Source of the DNA: Desulfoscipio geothermicus
Lineage (GTDB): Bacteria > Bacillota > Desulfotomaculia > Desulfotomaculales > Desulfallaceae
DNA length: 24,000 nucleotides
Assembly (NCBI GenBank): GCA_016841905.1
Contig: JAENYF010000003.1
Location: 1 to 24,000 of the forward strand
Direction: 5' to 3'
The notes below the pieces were generated by a model, which saw nothing but the letters and a program-made list of their open reading frames with translations, was not told the origin of the DNA and did no database searches. The position numbers and the translations under genes are program-made. Numbering within the stretch: position 1 is the stretch's first letter; each line of letters opens with the position of its first letter. Below are positions 22,260-24,000 of this stretch, in pieces.

Positions 22260-23645
22260 TTGCTAAAAGACTTCGGGGAGCAATATATAAAAATTTTAAA
22301 AAATTTCTTGGAAGATGAAAGCGAGTCCTGTTTATATCAGGCCTCTTTATTCAGCAAAGAATTAATTAATAAAGGAATAAGGCCCGAGGAAATTGTAGAA
22401 ACACATTTAAAGTCATTTAAGGAATTGCTCAAATCCTACCCCTATTGTGAATGGGTGCAAAAGATCTATAAATCATTTAGTTTATTGATCGAAATTATGA
22501 CCTTTTACGGTAATGTTTATAAAGAATATCTAGAGCTTAAAGATAATTTGCTGCAGGCTATGTCTATGCAAGTAGCATATAAGAGGCTGCAGGTTTATGT
22601 TGATGAAATTGAATTTATAACCCAAAGGCTGGCTTTAATAAACGAAGAACTGGATAGAAAAGTAATGGAACTGGGAACGTTACATAAAATTAGTAAAGCC
22701 ATTAACTCTGATCTAAACTTTGATCGTTTATTGAATCAAATTTTGGTCTGTGTCAAAGAAGTTATTGATTACGAAGATTGTTATATTTATTTAATGGAGG
22801 ATCAATCCACTAAATTAGCATTAATTAAACATTATGAAAGTGCCGTCGGTCAGAGTGAAGCTAAGCTTAACATTTTGCAGCAAGTTAACCAACTGGTATT
22901 GAGCAAAAAGGAAAACCAGGTGGTTGATTTGGGAACCCAGACTTGGGACCATGCTTGTTCCGGTACCGGTACGCTATTGGCCATTCCCATGCTGGTGGAA
23001 AACAGAATTCTTGGTATTTTAAGTATAATTACTGATCAGAAAAAAGAAATTATAGACGAGTTGCTTGAAATGCTTTCCATAGTAGCTTCCCACGCGGCCA
23101 TTGCCATAAAAAATGCCACCGATTATGAATATGTCAAAAAGACAGCTATTACCGATGGTTTAACCGGTCTCTTCAACCATCGTTATTTTTATGAGCGTTT
23201 TAAGAGAGAATTGGATTGGTCCAAACATCATGAATTGCCCGTTTCTCTTCTAATGATCGATATCGATAATTTCAAAGAATATAACGACATCTACGGGCAC
23301 GTTGCCGGAGACAAATTGTTGAAAATAATTGCCGATATATTAAGGTTTTGCACCAGGGATGAAGATGTCATAGCACGTTATGGTGGAGATGAATTCGCAG
23401 TTGTGTTGATGGGAGTTGCCAAAAAAGCTGCCTGTAAAATAGCCGATCGCATCAGGGTGTCAATTGGCTCGGAAAGCTGTATGGATAAGAATGGCAACCA
23501 TGAGTCAGTGAATGTTAGCGTTGGAGTATCTAGCTTTCCCGAGGACGCTTTAACTGTAGGTGAATTGGTAAACATAGCCGATAAAGCATTATATATTAGT
23601 AAAAAGAACGGTAAAAATCAGGTTTCATTCATAAATGTTAAATAG
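22260..23645 (+). CDS. RsbU_N-domain / coiled-coil / GAF / GGDEF diguanylate cyclase (stressosome output protein)
   Basis: The N-terminus EQYIKILKNFLEDESESCLYQASLFSKELINKGIRPEEIVETHLKSFKEL...LLIEIMTFYGNVYKEY aligns with the RsbU N-terminal (RsbT-binding) domain. A GAF domain follows. The GGDEF domain has DGLTGLFNHRYF, an RDED I-site 5 residues before RYGGDEFAV, and a DKALYISKKNGKN tail. The TTG start lies 7 nt after AAAGGGGG. Confidence 0.9.
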   Translation: MLKDFGEQYIKILKNFLEDESESCLYQASLFSKELINKGIRPEEIVETHLKSFKELLKSYPYCEWVQKIYKSFSLLIEIMTFYGNVYKEYLELKDNLLQAMSMQVAYKRLQVYVDEIEFITQRLALINEELDRKVMELGTLHKISKAINSDLNFDRLLNQILVCVKEVIDYEDCYIYLMEDQSTKLALIKHYESAVGQSEAKLNILQQVNQLVLSKKENQVVDLGTQTWDHACSGTGTLLAIPMLVENRILGILSIITDQKKEIIDELLEMLSIVASHAAIAIKNATDYEYVKKTAITDGLTGLFNHRYFYERFKRELDWSKHHELPVSLLMIDIDNFKEYNDIYGHVAGDKLLKIIADILRFCTRDEDVIARYGGDEFAVVLMGVAKKAACKIADRIRVSIGSESCMDKNGNHESVNVSVGVSSFPEDALTVGELVNIADKALYISKKNGKNQVSFINVK

Positions 23646-23811
23646 TTTTATCTATAAGAGGCAAACCTGTTGAAAAACAGTGACACGAAGCCCGTGAGTA
23701 TAAGTTTTCAAAGACTATGACGTTAAGATTGCAATATTAGACGTTATGCCTGTTTGTTCTTCCTCGACAGGTTTTTCTTATGTATGGAGTACATGAGTGA
23801 TATTCAATTGT

Positions 23812-24000
23812 TTACTCTTCGACAATGGCGGCCGCTATGGCAGCTCCAACCCCTGAGCCATCTTTGGTAAGTTTAGTGGTAACAAAGCCGGGCTTATCTT
23901 TGAAGATGTTTTTAAGGATGTTGTTTAACTTATCTGCATACCCGGGCATTAATTCATACAATGAACCGTCTATGGCGATGGTGTGGCGGTGCTCTAAGCC
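23812..24000 (-). CDS. C-terminal end of a hexokinase-family sugar kinase-like protein (5' part outside window)
   Basis: The minus strand is open from 24000 to stop TAA (23812-23814). It encodes GLEHRHTIAIDGSLYELMPGYADKLNNILKNIFKDKPGFVTTKLTKDGSGVGAAIAAAIVEE, which resembles the hexokinase C-terminus (DGS.Y...P.F......L......DGSG.GAA..AA). The fragment is short, so the family call is tentative. Confidence 0.45.
   Translation of the reverse strand, partial: GLEHRHTIAIDGSLYELMPGYADKLNNILKNIFKDKPGFVTTKLTKDGSGVGAAIAAAIVEE

Noticed and set aside
23655-23795. Bidirectional terminator between the cyclase gene and the convergent sugar-kinase gene
   Set aside because: I found only weak 5-bp stems (CTGTT/AACAG and CCTGT/ACAGG followed by TTTTT), which is not convincing enough to annotate.

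Overview
The window looks like chromosomal DNA from an anaerobic Firmicute, possibly Clostridia/Peptococcaceae-like. That taxon call is inference from gene content only. Contents from left to right: (1) The 3' end of aroB, followed by two terminator hairpins. (2) A GC-rich, translationally coupled type IV pilus (T4P) operon: pilB-pilT-pilC-[SigF/B-like sigma factor]-pilM-pilN-pilO-[PilP-like]-[secretin N-domain-only protein]. (3) A strongly AT-rich accessory block (about 9.8-17.2 kb). It carries the major pilin pilA, a truncated second pilT, and a tandem array of RAYT/IS200-like Y1 transposase genes (one intact, one 19-codon stub, one decayed copy). The array sits among 7 copies of a REP-like unit (GTGCCWGGCAC palindrome plus 2 x AACTTATY). 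The block also holds a secreted copper-amine-oxidase-N-domain protein and three minor pilins, one of them a modular pilin with an Ig-like (He_PIG-type) domain. (4) A c-di-GMP signalling block: a PAS-PAS-GAF-GAF-HD-GYP phosphodiesterase, an RsbR-RsbS-RsbT-RsbX stressosome, and an RsbU_N-GAF-GGDEF diguanylate cyclase. (5) The 3' end of a convergent hexokinase-like gene. I saw no rRNA, tRNA or CRISPR. The items most worth follow-up are the barrel-less secretin plus PilP-like pair in a T4P operon, the sigma factor embedded between pilC and pilM, the RAYT/REP array that destroyed a pilT paralog inside the pilin locus, and the stressosome-to-c-di-GMP module beside the pilus genes. All domain calls come from by-eye motif recognition. 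No searches were run.
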